Both the position numbers and the translations under genes were made by a program. A stretch of 64,000 bases of DNA from Ruditapes philippinarum (lineage: Eukaryota), in NCBI RefSeq assembly GCF_026571515.1, contig NW_026857281.1, forward strand, positions 1-64,000. The letters run 5' to 3'. Below, piece by piece: positions 13,536 to 28,508 of this stretch (its first letter is position 1; the number at the start of each line of letters is the position of its first letter). The notes under the pieces are model-generated. The model was given only the letters and a program-made list of their open reading frames with translations. It did not search any database and had not been told where the DNA came from.

Positions 13536-16500
13536 AAAAAGCTGATGTATGTTTTAATTTGGCAAGAGGAAAATATAATGCCATTTCTACAACTAAAGAG
13601 AGACTTATACCTGTTTCATTGACCATACGACTATCAAACTACATATTCATATCAAAATAATAATATCAGTTTAAATCTACCGTAAATTCAAACGAGTATT
13701 TGTTTAATATATGATTGCTGACAAACAAATAATTTTAGACAAGCCATGTGATATTTTGTTGGCCTTTAAGTCTCCTATAAATAAATTTTACCAGGATATA
13801 TATTGTAAGGAATCAAATCTTTACAGGTACTTTACTATCAATCGATTTAATTTAATGCAATAATAAAATAGTATTTTTTGTTCATTGTCAATAGCTATAA
13901 TGTGAAGCATTTGTCCTATTGTTTAATCTGTTATTTTTTGTGTACGAGCGTATAAAGCAATGATTCTTCGTTGAATTGGGTAATAAATCTAGAATTACTT
14001 TAGAATGAAAACGTTAATTATATAAAGTTTTAAGATATAGTTCTTTTGAAAGAATCGTGATATGCTTCATTTCAATTTTAATATTTAGAGATTGAAATTT
14101 CGCACACTCGGAGAGCCAATTAGATATCATATTAAACACGCTTGTTTGTTATTTTCAGTAATTGACGTCAATGGTATCTAAAATTAAGTGATGCATTGAT
14201 TTGTAGTTGGCAATTTACAAAAGACTTTAGGCTACAAGCTGTAATTGATAGGAATCCAAAAGAATACTAGTATTTAGTTAACATTTGAAATTCCGATTTT
14301 TTTCCCATGGTTAAGTGATTTGATCTTCGTCTAAAATTCAGAAATAATGCGTAAAGAATGGTCCCTCTGAAACATTAATGGCAACATAATTACAAAATAA
14401 TGCATACTGGAATGATTGAGCGTGTGCATGACGGATAATAAGCTTACTGAATACAATCAATATTGTTTGTATTCACCACAATTTGTAAAAATGACTATGA
14501 AACCTGCTGTAGTTAACGATTTTTATACTTGCTCGGTTGAGAAGGTATGCCTGTTTAAACAAATGATTAAAATAAACGAAACATTAAAATAATATAATAC
14601 AGTAATTTAAAATATTTTATAGAAATACAACTGTCAAATTCAACAATAATTTTAAAAGTGTTATAACAAAGCATAGTTATAGATGTCATTTTAAACACCA
14701 TGTATAATTTTGCATGATATTCATTTAAGATAAGCTCACGTTCAAAACACTTAGAAAAAAAATATGCTCATCTTTAATTAAAGGAAAATTATTTATTGAA
14801 ATCTAGACAATTCATACTTAAAGTGCCTAATTTGAATAAGAGAAAGCACAAACAATATTTGGGGACATGCATCCTCTTAAACTGGTCTTTTGGCAGTTGC
14901 ATCAATAAGACAGTGTATTTATCTGTGTTAACCTAAAGCGTGTGTGTTTCAACAATAAAAATCTTTTCTGTAAGAAGATGATTATTTAAAATTGATAAGA
15001 GACTGTGTAGAAATTTTCAATAAGAGACCCTATAGAAGTTATCAATATTTTCAAATATCAAATTCAGGATTCTAGTTATACTTAATATCAAGACAAGCAC
15101 ATTATAGTTATTACAAAGAGTACGATTACATGACATAAGTAAAATGGAAGTAAGTATTATTCTAAAGTTGGTGATTTTAAGTCAAAAACCTTTATCAATA
15201 TGCAGCATGTCACCCGGTCCCACCGGTAATTAAGCCACGAATATACACATTACTTTTACCTTAAAGCAAATATATATACCCGCATATAGCTAAAAGCAAA
15301 TGTTATAACTCATAATATGACAAGGATTGGCTGAAAATTAGCGATACAATAAAAGTATTTCGCAGTTTAGCTAGACCACACCAAGACAAGACAAAAACTG
15401 ATATAGATATGATTCCAGCTTGTTTTTTACCGTTCACCTATCGAATTTGTGTTATAAGTAATATAAAAACTGTCCATATTAATTTCAAAGATTTTATACC
15501 AAAACAGAAAAGCTAGCTACCAGCAGTATGTAGAATCTGGTCTTGTTGCACGGTGGTTCAGGATGCCCTTGCACAAAATACTAGACACTTTTGATTCCAG
15601 GAAGTTAAGTGTTTATCAAAATATTTCATGTGGTTAGTTTATTGTAAGTTCTTCATATTTTTATGACGTCTGTTTGCTCATGATTCGGGATTGAATGTTT
15701 TTATGTTTTTAAATTTTAAATTATTACACCTAATGTTCTTCTAGTATTTGAACTGTGCTGGTAATTCATTCGTTTCTTTTGTTGTTAATTTAAACAAACA
15801 AAATTTACAAAAAATAAATTAGGATAGATATTTAGGCACCGTTTTGAATATCATTTTCAACGCTGATCAAACATTTATGCCAATAAATCAAATCATTTAA
15901 ACAAAAACAATGTCATTGGAAGTAACTTTAACTATAGTAGGTTAAAAAGCACTCTAAAAACATGACCAATACCACTTAAATTCTTATCTGTTATTGTTTT
16001 ATTCTTCTTAAATCTATCAACCGTTTCTAATAACCATTTTACAAAGCAAAATGTTTTAACGGTTCACCAAACAGATATGATAAAAATGTGTTTGTCATTA
16101 AAGTTTATTAAGTTTGTTTTGTTTATTTGCTCATCATCATGTAACAACTGATGTTATTTTAGCAAAGTATCAATCTGGTATTTTATTTTAGCCTTTGTAA
16201 TAAACACACACTTTGGTTACCAACTAACGGTAGTAAAAAGACATGTCTTTTAAAAAGTGGCAGAGCTTTATCAATTAACAAAATTATGGATGGCTAGAAT
16301 TACGTTTAACCTAATGTACTCTTTCAACTTGACCATCAGATCAAAGCTATAAATGAACAATATAATAAAATCCTGTAACACAAAATTGTTATGGTTTTAT
16401 ATCATAAATATGATGCTCAAATTAAGATTTATCAATTTTGTAAGTTTCAAAAAGCATTATATCTAAAGCAATTGCGTTGAAATCTATAAAATTCTTACCC

Positions 16501-19039
16501 ATTATGTTTTATCTAAAAAAGAAAAACTATGTAATAAAATCTGCGTTCACCGGGTCAAACCAAATTGATTTCTTGTTCTATGTATATTTAAAAAAAAATA
16601 AATGGGGGGACGTGGGGAGCAAACAGAAGAAGTTTCCGTATTAAGGAAATAAGGACATATATTATGTTTTACGTACCTCGAGTCATGCTATTTTGTTTAT
16701 GGGTTTGTCCAACTTTCAGTCTTGCCGAAACATTTTTATCATATATAGAGAAAATTAAAAAATATGCATTTACTGAATATCCAACAGTGCTGACCATGAT
16801 CAGTCAGCATGGACATGTCATCAATTCAAGGTCTGAACATGTAGCATGGTAGCAGCAGACAAGTTAAAACCCATTGGAAGCAATTTTAAGTGAAAATAAT
16901 GGTGATCCTAACAACAGATAACAGGTGCTGATCAACAGTTTACTTATTTTCCTGATCAAGTGTCAAAGGTTTGCATGATCTCACTTTAATCTAAAAATTG
17001 ATTTTAAAAGCATTAAGTAAAGTAAATTTATTTCTTATGCAAATCCTAAAATAGAATAAACAAATTCCAGACATAGCCCATAAGCCCCCTCACGCACTTA
17101 AATATGTCCAATTTATTATTAAATCTCACCAGGTAATACATGGTGCTACCCTAGAAGTAAATGACTGCATACTTTAAGACCCATAATGCCTAAGAAATAC
17201 TTTTATTCCCATTTCTCAAAAGTTTATAATTTTTGCTGTTCTGTATAAGTTTCCTTAAATGTACTAAATGCGCAGTTTCTGAACTATATTTTGCTTTGAA
17301 CATTGCTTTATGACAATTAGTACTTTTTCGTAATTAGTTTTTTGTATGGAAGTAAAAATACTACTTTTTTACATTTTGCAAATTTTATGACAAATAATTT
17401 CACTTTCAGTGCTACTTTAAGGTGAAACGCATCTAATATTCTCTGAAAACTTTTTAACGTTATTAAACTAGTGTGAAGTCTTTCTAAAAAATGAAAAAAA
17501 AGCAATCTAAGGCAGTGTGTGCGTTTAAAGAAAAATAGAAAATTTAGAAATGTAGCAAAAGGTGCTATATAATGGTCACCACAGTCATTTAGGGGTGATC
17601 ATCAGATTTTATTCTTCATTTTAGGTCTATATGTTATAATACAATTATATTTATACTTAATTGTATAACCGTGTTCTTTCAAGTATTTATATAAATCTGA
17701 GTGCATATAATATGACATAGACTTATCATTTAAATAAAACTGTATATAAAGTTTGTTAAAAGTATTCTTGTACCTTTTCATTTTTGCCTTTTGAAATTGG
17801 ATGATAATGTTCCCATTCTAAACATGATAATCGAAATTGAGAAAGTGAAAGCATTTCGAGGGTTGTTTAAAAAAAATGTCATTTGCGTGTGTTTTTCTAA
17901 ACTTAAAGTATTTTTATCATTTTAAATTTGTCTCGCCCTCAAAATACCCCCAATTACCTGAATACACCGTTTAAAGTGCTCAATTCAATTTTGAAAGCAG
18001 AGTTAATACTATAAATGGGATTACTCATTAGGTTCGTATAAACAGCAGACCCAAGGGCATTTCTCGACTTGTATCTCTTTCCAGACAGTCGGAATTTGAG
18101 TTTTGAAAACAAGAAAAAGTCTCAATTCTATCGGTCCGAAGTGGTTTATTGTACATAGCACACGATATACACGAGATAATGCACAAATGACATAATTGTT
18201 GGAACACTTCTCATATAAAATGTATACAACAATCATTTTTATTCATATGAAAATATATTCTTTATCAATAAAGCCTTCATTTCTAGAAATTGACCCGGTG
18301 AGGGGAATTCTTTGAAGCGGAATTTCAAGTTTTAAAGGATTATATGTTAATCAAATCCGAAAAAAATTCCTATATATCTCCACTCATATTTCTCAAAACA
18401 TTTATATAAGCAACCCCGATAAAAAGGTTCCAGGAGGTTATAGAATATATCAAAATAGCCTTTCCTGATGAAAAGTTAACCTTATCAATTTATTGTTTTA
18501 CTCAACCATGAAGGAAGCAGGTATTTTCATGAAAATATAGGGTGTAAAGTAGATCTGACGACATTCATTTACTTTGTCAACAAGTACTGTTTTGCAATAT
18601 TGAATATTCAAACGGTTGTCGGTAATTAACGGATTTGAAGTAAACCATGCGGATTTTAATGTAACAGTAAATGTATAATTAAGCAGCATATTACTTTACT
18701 TATTAGTCGAGGTGTAAGGTGTCGGATTTTCAGTTAGTTTCAAAATAAAAAAATGTACATTAGAATCAAATACTTTAAATGTTTTCTTTTTTGATTCTTT
18801 ATTATGTTTTGAAATACTTTACCACTTTGTTTTAAATGCTTGCGAGTCACTCATTGATCGACTTTACATAATTATTGAAATTTATAAAATTAAAAAATCT
18901 AATTATCAAAAATGATGAAATTGAATAGCAAATTCTAGAAATTAATCACATAATTTATCAACGCGTGATTCATATAATTAACAGAAATAGAAATTCCATT
19001 TAGAAAGGTAAAAGGATTAAACTGAGTGATAATTACAAC

Positions 19040-19850
19040 AGATAACAGGACATTTTGAGTTTTGAAATAGCAAAGCAGGTAAAGATCAGGAATCTGGTCA
19101 AGACAGTAGGGACAATGGTAACAACACTAAATCAAAATCAGTATCAATTACAAGTGCAATCAATCAACTGCAAACAAAATAAAAACATGGTAAAAGCTGA
19201 AGTAAATGAAAAAAAAACAAAAAAAAAAAAAAACAAGAGAGCTAAAGGAAAAAATCACCTTGCTAGAACTTGATCAAAGCTTAAGGGAGAGACTAATGAA
19301 AAGAAAATACACAACCAGATGAGTGGATGAAATTGAAGACAGGTTAGAAAAAAGTGAAACGGAAGTGAAAGATGTAGCCAAAAGATAAAATTATAATGAT
19401 TAATACTCAAGAACAAATAACACAAAAATACTAAATATCCCAGAAACAAAACAGAATCATTGGACTCATTGACACATCATGTCATAAACATACTGCAACG
19501 AAAGGAAGTGAATCTTGAAAGAAGGGAAATAGCTGCAATTAATAGAATTTCAACATTTAAGAAGCATGATGGCAGACCTGTCTTAAATCAAACAACAAAC
19601 AATGATTTTAAGTCAAGAGTAATGCGAAAAATGAAAATAATGAAGGAAGCTGGGTACAAACTTGTCGACGACAAACAACATTGAATTCTGGATAAGTAAA
19701 TCGTCTACTACTTCATCCAAATCTAGTGAGTGCATGGGTTTTCAATGGTTTTGTGTACCGGCTTACAACAATAGAAGAAATAATAAAGTTTGACATTTTT
19801 GACAGTAAAGATCATGTGATTAAGGTTTACAGAGAGATGAAAAACTGGGC
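19040..19850 (+). pseudogene. Decayed LINE ORF1-type (coiled coil + RRM) coding remnant
   Basis: YSRTNNTKILNIPE (cf. YSRxxNxxIxGxPE), EIAAINRI...RPVL, VMRKMKIMKEAGYKLVDD, NRLLLHPNLVSAWVFNGFVY. Confidence 0.6.
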
Positions 19851-20421
19851 AGACAACACCTTGGAAAGAATATACTATAGACAGGCATGTAATGGGTCAT
19901 AAAAATTATCTACAGTATACTGGACTGCAAATTAAAAACTGTTAAATTATAAGAAGACTCAAAAGTAACACTTACTAGACTGTTTCGCTAAAAAGCCTGG
20001 TTATTATTTAAAGAGACAATCTTTGTGAGAGTAAATAAGATTAGTTGTCATATAGAGTCATAGAGATCAAATGCTTTAGCCTTAAATATTTCTACGATTC
20101 TTCCCAACTGTTCTGATCCATAATATATATGTTGATGTATACGGCTATGTATAATATATCAATAATATATATAATGTTTTAAGTATACTATTGTTTGCAT
20201 TGTTCAAAGTACATGTGCCAACTTTTTTGTTTATAATACAAAGCTATTTGTAAATACTTGTATATAATAATGTTGCATATAATATGTTTGAATATGTATA
20301 GATTAAGGCATACAGTTACTTCTCTTGAATAATTTCAATGGCCATACATCAATTTCAATTGCTTCCCTTACACAAATTATTATTAGATAATTATTTTTTC
20401 TTGCCGTTTACATTTGATACA

Positions 20422-20555
20422 NNNNNNNNNNNNNNNNNNNNNNNNNNNNNNNNNNNNNNNNNNNNNNNNNNNNNNNNNNNNNNNNNNNNNNNNNNNNNNN
20501 NNNNNNNNNNNNNNNNNNNNNNNNNNNNNNNNNNNNNNNNNNNNNNNNNNNNNNN
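20422..20555. other. Assembly gap (134 N)
   Basis: Run of N. Confidence 1.
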
Positions 20556-20796
20556 TGATTACTCAATAATCACATCCTTTGATGGATATGGGTTGAGGGA
20601 CTTCTCAAGACGATTACCTTATCAATTTACTGACTGGGAGGGTAACTAGTATTACCCTGGTACCCTGGGGCACCCTGCTTTGCAGAGAGGAATAATGCTT
20701 GCATTTAACGTTGTCATTGAGGTGCTTTGGTTGATTCCAGGGCCCCATTCGCAGCTCGGTGGTTTTTTAGTTTAGATATAGTTTGTTTTTATTTTT

Positions 20797-22185
20797 GTAC
20801 AAAATATTAAATCATGTATTTCTGTAAACGATATTTCATCTCCATTTTTTAAAAGTAACTGTGGGGTACGCCAAGGGGAAAATTTGTCACCAGCGTTATT
20901 CTCTATTTATCTTAACGACCTAGAATCGCATCTTGGTTTAACCAATGATGGCATTATAATTGAACGACAAAATGTTCAAGCTGACCTTTACCTTAAACTA
21001 TTTGTGTTACTATATGCGGATGATACTATAATTGTAAGTGATAGTCCTGAATCATTACAAAAATTATTGAACGACTTTTACGAATATTGCTCTAAATGGA
21101 AACTTACAATAAATAAAAGTAAAACTAAAATAATAATATTTGGATCGAATAAACCCGGCAATTTGCGCTTCCTTCTTAACAACAAACCAATTGAAATAAT
21201 AAAGGAATATAAATACTTAGGAGTAGTTTTCTCATCTTCTGGAAGTTTTCTTAATGCTAGAAAATATTGAGTAAATCAAGCAAATAAAGAAATGCATATA
21301 CTTTATTCAAAAATATTTAATCTTGATATCCCAATTGATTTACAGTTGAAATTATTTGACCAAACTATTGTTCCTATACTTACTTTTAACTGCGAAGTTT
21401 GGGGATTTGAAAATCTAGATTTAATTGAAACGGTACAAAATAACTTCCTAAGAACTATTACTAAAAGCAAAAAAAGTACACCATTATATATGCTATACGG
21501 AGAGCTTGGTCGCTATCCAATGGACATAGTCATAAAATCGAGGATGGTAAATTATTGGTGTAAATTAGTTATGGGTAACAGAAATAAAATTTCTAAAGTA
21601 TGTTATGATATAATGCTAAATTCTGACACAAGTTTTAAATGGTCAGAGTGTATAAAACAAATTTTAAATAATACAGGTAACACATACATATGGGAAAACC
21701 AAATGAATATCAATCTTAAAAATTTCAGTATGACAATAAAACGTACATTAATTGACCAATTCTTGCAAAACTGGAATAGTTCACTTACAGGTTCTTCTAA
21801 AGGTCTGACATACCAATCATTCAAATCCGATAATAATTTCGAACAGTACCTCATTGCATTGCCTAATTATCTTAGAATGACCTTTTTTCACTTAAGAACA
21901 GGTAACCACAGGCTCCCTATAGAAACAGGCAGGTGGAGGCAGTCTTTTGTCCCACATGCTGAACGAAAGTGCCAACACTGTCAACTAAACGATTTGGGAG
22001 ACGAGTTTCATTATATTCTCAAATGTCCTTTTTTCCTAGCCTCTAGGAAACGTTATATAAAACCGTACTTTTTTAATAGGCCCAATATACTTAAATTTTC
22101 ACAACTTATGTCTTCTAAGTCTACCAAGGAACTTAAAAATATCGCCCTTTTCTCAAGAGAAATAATGACTACATTTAAAAGATAG
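20797..22185 (+). mobile_element. 5'-truncated LINE ORF2 (RT plus C-terminal CCHC region), RTE-X-like; one in-frame stop at 21268-21270
   Basis: GVRQGENLSPALF, LLYADD, YKYLG, RTGNHRLPIETGRW, CQHC...DEFHYILKC; ORFs 20884 and 21292 are in the same frame. Confidence 0.9.
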
Positions 22186-22892
22186 TCCAAATAAACATAA
22201 TACTAGTGGTCCAATAAGTTAACCTTTCCCTTTCGTTTCGAGAAAGGTAGGCTGTAAATTGGAGAAAATTCTCCGCATAATAGTTTCAAGTAAAATATTT
22301 TCCTCTACTTCTACTAAACACGTGCGCAACAATAATTATATATTTGATAATAAATAGTATAACATCCTAAGCTCGAAATTCAAATTGCATTAATAAACAT
22401 ACCAGTTTGTTTAATAATCCTTTTTTTGCAATATCCTTTTTTGTTTTGTTTTCTTCCCGATGCACTTAACCTTGTTAAAAAAAAAAAAAATAATCTGTCA
22501 ATAACAATGAAATGCCACGAAAATTCATGGAAACCGTGCCTAACTATAGTAAATAAAAATTCCCACGGTATCTGTTTACATTTACTATAGGTTTGACTGC
22601 ATTTTTGATGACCATCATTTGCTGTATTTGTTGTATTTTTATTTGTCACTATTGTTTGTTTGTTGGTTTTTTTTTGTTGTTTTTTTTGTTTTGTTGTTAT
22701 TTTTTTCACATTTGACAAAGAACATGAACATTGTTGTTAAATGTATTTATTATTCTGTCCCCGCAACACTATGCTCATTTACCTTAAATTGATAACTAGC
22801 TAACTAATATATGATCTAACCCACATATTGTCAATATTTAAGATAAATCGTCATGTTGTTACCATGTTTGTAACCTGATTTACCTATAAAGA

Positions 22893-22921
22893 GTATTGTA
22901 TTGTATTGTATTGTATTGTAT
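22893..22921 (+). repeat. (ATTGT)n microsatellite, LINE-type 3' tail
   Basis: ctataaagag followed by tattgtattgtattgtattgtattgtat. Confidence 0.75.
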
Positions 22922-22982
22922 AATGTTTATAATGTATATATTAAATAACATTAAGAAAGTTGTGTTTATAGTTATACATTGA

Positions 22983-23138
22983 ATGTAATCAATTATCAAT
23001 CAATTACTTTCTTAAAGTAATTGTAATTCAATTGATTACAGAGGCAAGTCTGAGTAATCAATTGTAATCAATAACAATAAAATCTGAAAGTAATTGTAAT
23101 TAAATCAATTACTGATCAATGTAATCATCCCCAGGTCT
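22983..23138. mobile_element. MITE fragment rich in gtaatc/gtaatt, ending ccccaggtctg
   Basis: Repeated gtaatc/gattac subrepeats and a TIR-like end. Confidence 0.5.
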
Positions 23139-24244
23139 GGTGACAATCCCACTTAAGATAACATTTGATCTTTATTTTATAAAAATAAATCTTTTATTAG
23201 TAAAACAATGCAACTGCAGAAGGAAAATTGCTCCCTTTAGATACTTGATATATTTCTACTATTCATATCATAACTAGTAAATTCTATTTGAACTTAATTA
23301 TACTTTGATATATCTTTTGATTTCTTTTTCTTCATCTTGATCAATGCCATATACGCTCTAAAGTTTTGTTCAAGTTTATATAGGGAGTGGCTTTTACTTT
23401 TTCCTAGTGGCACAACATTTCTGTTGTTCTTGTTTCTCCTAGCCTGACCTAACTTTTATTTCAATATATACATGTTTGAGTTTATAAATATGTTGATCGA
23501 TAATAGGCTTCAAGCATTTAAAAACGCTCGACGGTTTGAAGTATACGTTATGGGGTGATCATGTAAACATTTGTGATAAGTATTTATCATGTTATAATAA
23601 CATAAAATAATAATTACTCAAGCTCCTGTTGCATTTTGACCAAACTCCGTCAAATAATAAATAACCTATAGCTTGACAATCACCTCTATATCAAGCCTTG
23701 TCGTATTATCTACGAGACAAACAGAAGGTGTATAACATACTGAGTACAAGTCCATATTTAATCCATTTATATAATTATGGATGATTTTTTTGTAATACAG
23801 ATCATTAAATGAAATGTTTATTCGGTCGGAAAAGGGTATAAAAGCAGAAACAAATGCATATAATATGTAAATGTCTGAGATCAATTTTATAGAACAACAC
23901 TGATCAGTTTAAAAAGACGAAATAAAGTAAATCAATGAGTAAGAATATACACATAAAATAGATAACCTTGTTAGGGTGCTGTGTAATCCATTTACAATGT
24001 TTTATAAAAAAAACAACAGTGGTTTCGACATAGAACTGCATTCATCGCTCAAATGGTTTCGTTTATATTCCATTTTACATGTTTATACGACATCACAGTA
24101 TCACAATTACAATATAATTTAAAATCCTGATATAAAACATGTCTTGTTGATCGGTTTTGAATTTTAAATGGTTTGAAATGTAAGTTTTATCAGTGTGATG
24201 GTCGTTTTTCCGCATGAAAGAGCCGCTTTGCAGCTTGCCAATAG

Positions 24245-25812
24245 AAATTCAACATCGAAAAACCTGTAAGCATTTCTATTGGTTATCATTTATTTATATA
24301 CATAACGTAAGAAAGAATTGGAAAACCACTTTAAAGACAACTATCTACCCGTATTTTTGTATATTCCAACGGGTTGTGAAAAGCGTTATTCTATGTCAGA
24401 TAGTTAAAACTATGTCAGAAAGTTAAAACGAATCTTTCTAAGGAGAAACTTAACATCAATAAACAGTTTTACTTTTTTAATATGTTATTAGTTAATGGCG
24501 TTGTAAAACATGTTTTTTAATAAGTCTATTATAACAAAATTGTATATCGTCATGATTTTGTTTTAAATTTCATATTATGATATGGGCATGTTAAGATAAT
24601 GTCACAAGGAAATGACAAAATCTCATTTGTTTCTATATAGGATTGAATGTTTTTAATGCAGTAGTATTGCATTTTTTTAAGTCCTTAAATTAAAAGTTTT
24701 ATATTGTGTGCATTATGTCTTTTTACATACGTAAACAATTAAGAAATAAACGATTTTTTTTTCTTTCAAAATTTTATACTGGATTACAATAGAGTTACAT
24801 ATATCTTTTTTACATACATACTCAATATATAAGGCACATGTCGTGTAGCTAGTTAGTAATTTCAACGTATGTTGTTCATCTTTCAATAATGTTGTGTGAT
24901 ATGTGTATTTGTTTTAATTTAATGTTAAATAGTTAACAAATATGTGATTCATTAGCATATTAATGTTACAAAGATTTAATGACGTAGTGTTTTGTTTATC
25001 GTGTTAAATGCATTTTTCTATAAATCTTCTAACTGCTGAAATTCGACATCAAAAACCTGTAAATAATTGTATTGTAAATAATTTATTTATATACATTACG
25101 TAGGAAAGAATTTGGGAAACCATTTTGAAGACGACTCTCTACTCGTATTTCTTATTTGTATGTTCTAAATTTCGCCTTGTTAAAAGCCCTTTTTTCTATT
25201 TTATGTGGTTAAAACGAATCTTTTTAAGGAGAAACTTAACGTTTTAAAAATTAATAATCTTTTAACTTTGCGTTAGAAAAATATAATTAAAAATAGTTAG
25301 ATATAAAATAATGTATATCCTTGTGATTTTTTTTATTTCGTATTATTACATTTACATTTTAAGATATAATGTCTACAAGGAAATGACAACTATCATTTTT
25401 TCTAAATAGGTTTGAATGTTTTCAATGCAATGATATTGCATATATTTCCAAATCCTAAAATTTAACATTTAATATTAAGAACATTATGTTTTTTCACAAA
25501 CATTAACCGTACAAGCGACTTATTTTTAATTATGTATTTTTTATTATTATTATCCTTGATTGCAATATAGTTACGTACATATTATATCTTTTTCATAAAC
25601 ATGCTCGATATATAAGACGCATCCCTTGATGTAAGTTATGATTCAAAATTGAGTTGTTCGTCTTTTAATAATAAGTATTCTGTGATAATTTATTTCGTTT
25701 TAATTTAATGACAAATGATTCACCAATCTGTGATTTATAAGCATGTTGGTGATACAAAGATTTAATGATGTAGTGTTTTATTTATCTTGATAAATGCACT
25801 TTCCTATAGATT
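24245..25812 (+). repeat. Diverged tandem duplication, period about 790 bp
   Basis: aaattc.acatc.aaaacctgtaa at 24245 and 25039; aaaacgaatctt..taaggagaaacttaac and caaggaaatgacaa occur in both halves. Confidence 0.85.
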
Positions 25813-28508
25813 TAGAATTGGTTCTGATTGGAACAAATGTCTGCAACTTAACTAGATGAAAATATATTACAATCAGAAGATAGTATAGTATAAAAACATA
25901 ATCTTAATCCATAACATCTGATGGTCTTAAACGTTAAACGTGTTATTTAGATTAGTAGCAGAAAACTGACAGGCAATTGTCAAAGATATAAACGATTGAA
26001 ATATTTTCCGTTTAAGTTACTATGTTATCACATATCTGGTTTATTTGTCTTTAGCTTTAAACAGTTATAAAAAATAAATACCGTAGCTATTTTGTCCCTT
26101 TTGTACGTTTGTCGTCTTTGAAATCTGCCTTTTATTTTTTACCGAGTCACGAAACTCAAGATTAGATTTATATATAGTTATACGATAGAACAATACAAAT
26201 GTAACAAGTCTATTGTTAATTAAACAAAGATTAAAATACTTTATTAATTGAATAGTGTTTAATAGGTTAAAGAATTCGAATCCGATTCGTTAAAATTGAT
26301 TTGTAAATAACAACTAAATAATTGAGCTGCCTTGTACTGAATCAAATACCGCATACATTTCATTTCATAGGCAATAACAATGAGCTGTTTTGGATAAACA
26401 CGCTAAAAAGATCTGACTTTTTACGGAAGACCTGTGGGGACATTTTAACTTCGTAAATTCCCGATTCTAACTTCGTTAATTCACAGTTTAATTTTAACTT
26501 CGTAAATTCATGTTTTCAACATACGGAATTCACGTATTCACGATCCAAGGTCATGAATTCACGATATAAGATTCTCAAATTCTCGCTTTGAACTTATTTT
26601 GCAGTTAAATGATTTTATAACTTGATATATAAAGATAAAATATAAGTTTGACACATTTTTATAACAGGCATTATTTAAAATTCAAAAAAATATTTTTATT
26701 CCAATCACCTGTATAAACCAATCACGTTCTTTCAGCAATAATTCTTTACAATTATAGAGAAATGACACCGTATATACTTTGTACATAATAAAACGAAAAA
26801 CTTTGTCAAACACGACTTGTAAAGTTCGTTGTACGGCTAATGATACCCCCATTTTTTCATTTGTGAGAAGCATGTTTTATATCACATACTATAATGTAAT
26901 TATAAGTTGTGCATTTAACGAGTTAAAAATGATGAAAAAAATGTTATATATGCTTAAACAGAAATATGCTATTAAACAAAACAAATATAGTCAATATTTA
27001 TAAGGTTGTAATTTTTTTTTTAAAGAGAAACGTATTTGTTCACACATATCTTCGTTAGTGGTTATCACAAATAAGTTGAACATGAATATAGTTCTCCTTG
27101 CTATAAATACATGTATGTGTTTATCAAAAAAAACTCAAACAAAATTAAACGGATGTTTCTCAATATCTCTCTGAAGAAGTGTGTCAAATGACAAGGGAAC
27201 GTTAGCGTTAATTTGAACAATCACAGTGGTAACCTTCTTGATTCGTGTATATGTATTTATTTGATTTAAGCTTACCTTTATTGTCATTATCAAATATAAC
27301 ATTTTGATATTGTTATTGCTACACTTATAAAATATTGCGTGATGTTCATATTCTGACTTTCGGTATCATTGATTCAATCACTTTTAAGTGTTGGAATATG
27401 ATAACCACTCAATCCGGTGTTAGAGGGCGAAAGATATGTTGCACACTTTCATTATCCCTCATGTACAGAAAAATACATTAGAAATGTCAGGTACATTCAG
27501 GAATTAATATGATTATTCTGCCCTGAAAATACATCATAATTTACACATATAAACATCTGTTTACATTATTATGCAACTAAAAATCGATTTTAAAATGTTC
27601 AGCGTACAAAAAACTAAATCTTTTAAAATAACTTTCAATATTTCATAGAAGTTATCTAAAAGTTTTAAAATGCAACAACATTTAAATCAAAATGGACAAA
27701 AAAACATCTATGGGTACAAATTAATAAAATGTATTTCAAATTATTTTATAGAGTCTGTTATACACAAATGAGAACGTCAATATAGTTTATTATAAATATA
27801 AAGTGGCTTGCTTTTGATTGTAACAGAAAAAACATTCCATGTTCTTTAAATCATTTTACAATGCAGTCAAAGCAGGCTTTACAGGTCCATAGTAAAAATG
27901 TGAAGTAGTTTGCCTCTACAATACTACCAATAATCACCTGTCAACATGATCAGATAATTATCTTTAATACCTTTTGTTATTGAGTGTGATCTCTGAATGG
28001 CGTAATTCGTGTGTATTCATATTGTTAAGGAAGATTAAAGTGTAACATTATAGCCTTTATTGTTTTGGGTACCATTTGATAGTTTGTTTAAGTATTTTAA
28101 GGTGGATTTATGAAACAATCTATAAATTCCGATCGTTCGATAAAGAATTACACTAGATTTCTGTGTGTTAACGTTCCTTTCTTTAAACATTTCAGCTATC
28201 AATCTGTAATTTACAAGATAAACAGTCCTCAACACGGAAGGTTTCAATGACGTTTATTTAAAACAATTCAATCATTTGAATAACAACTTCATACCACAGT
28301 CATTTGTAGAGTAGCAGTGGCTTAAGTTAATAATAATTAAACCGTATAAACAATTACAATCACTATTACCGGTATGAATCATTATCGGTTATTTTCCTCT
28401 TGTTAATAACAGAAACGAATAAAGGAAGGCTTAGATGTTTATGTTAATTACTAAAACTATAAATAACATTCTTACAACCCTTTGAATAAAATAATACTTT
28501 ATCTAATG

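Noticed and set aside
20338-20649. 103-aa ORF
   Set aside because: Artefact spanning the N gap
22380-22718. 112-aa K/Q/T/N-rich ORF
   Set aside because: Antisense translation of the T-rich 3' region of the LINE
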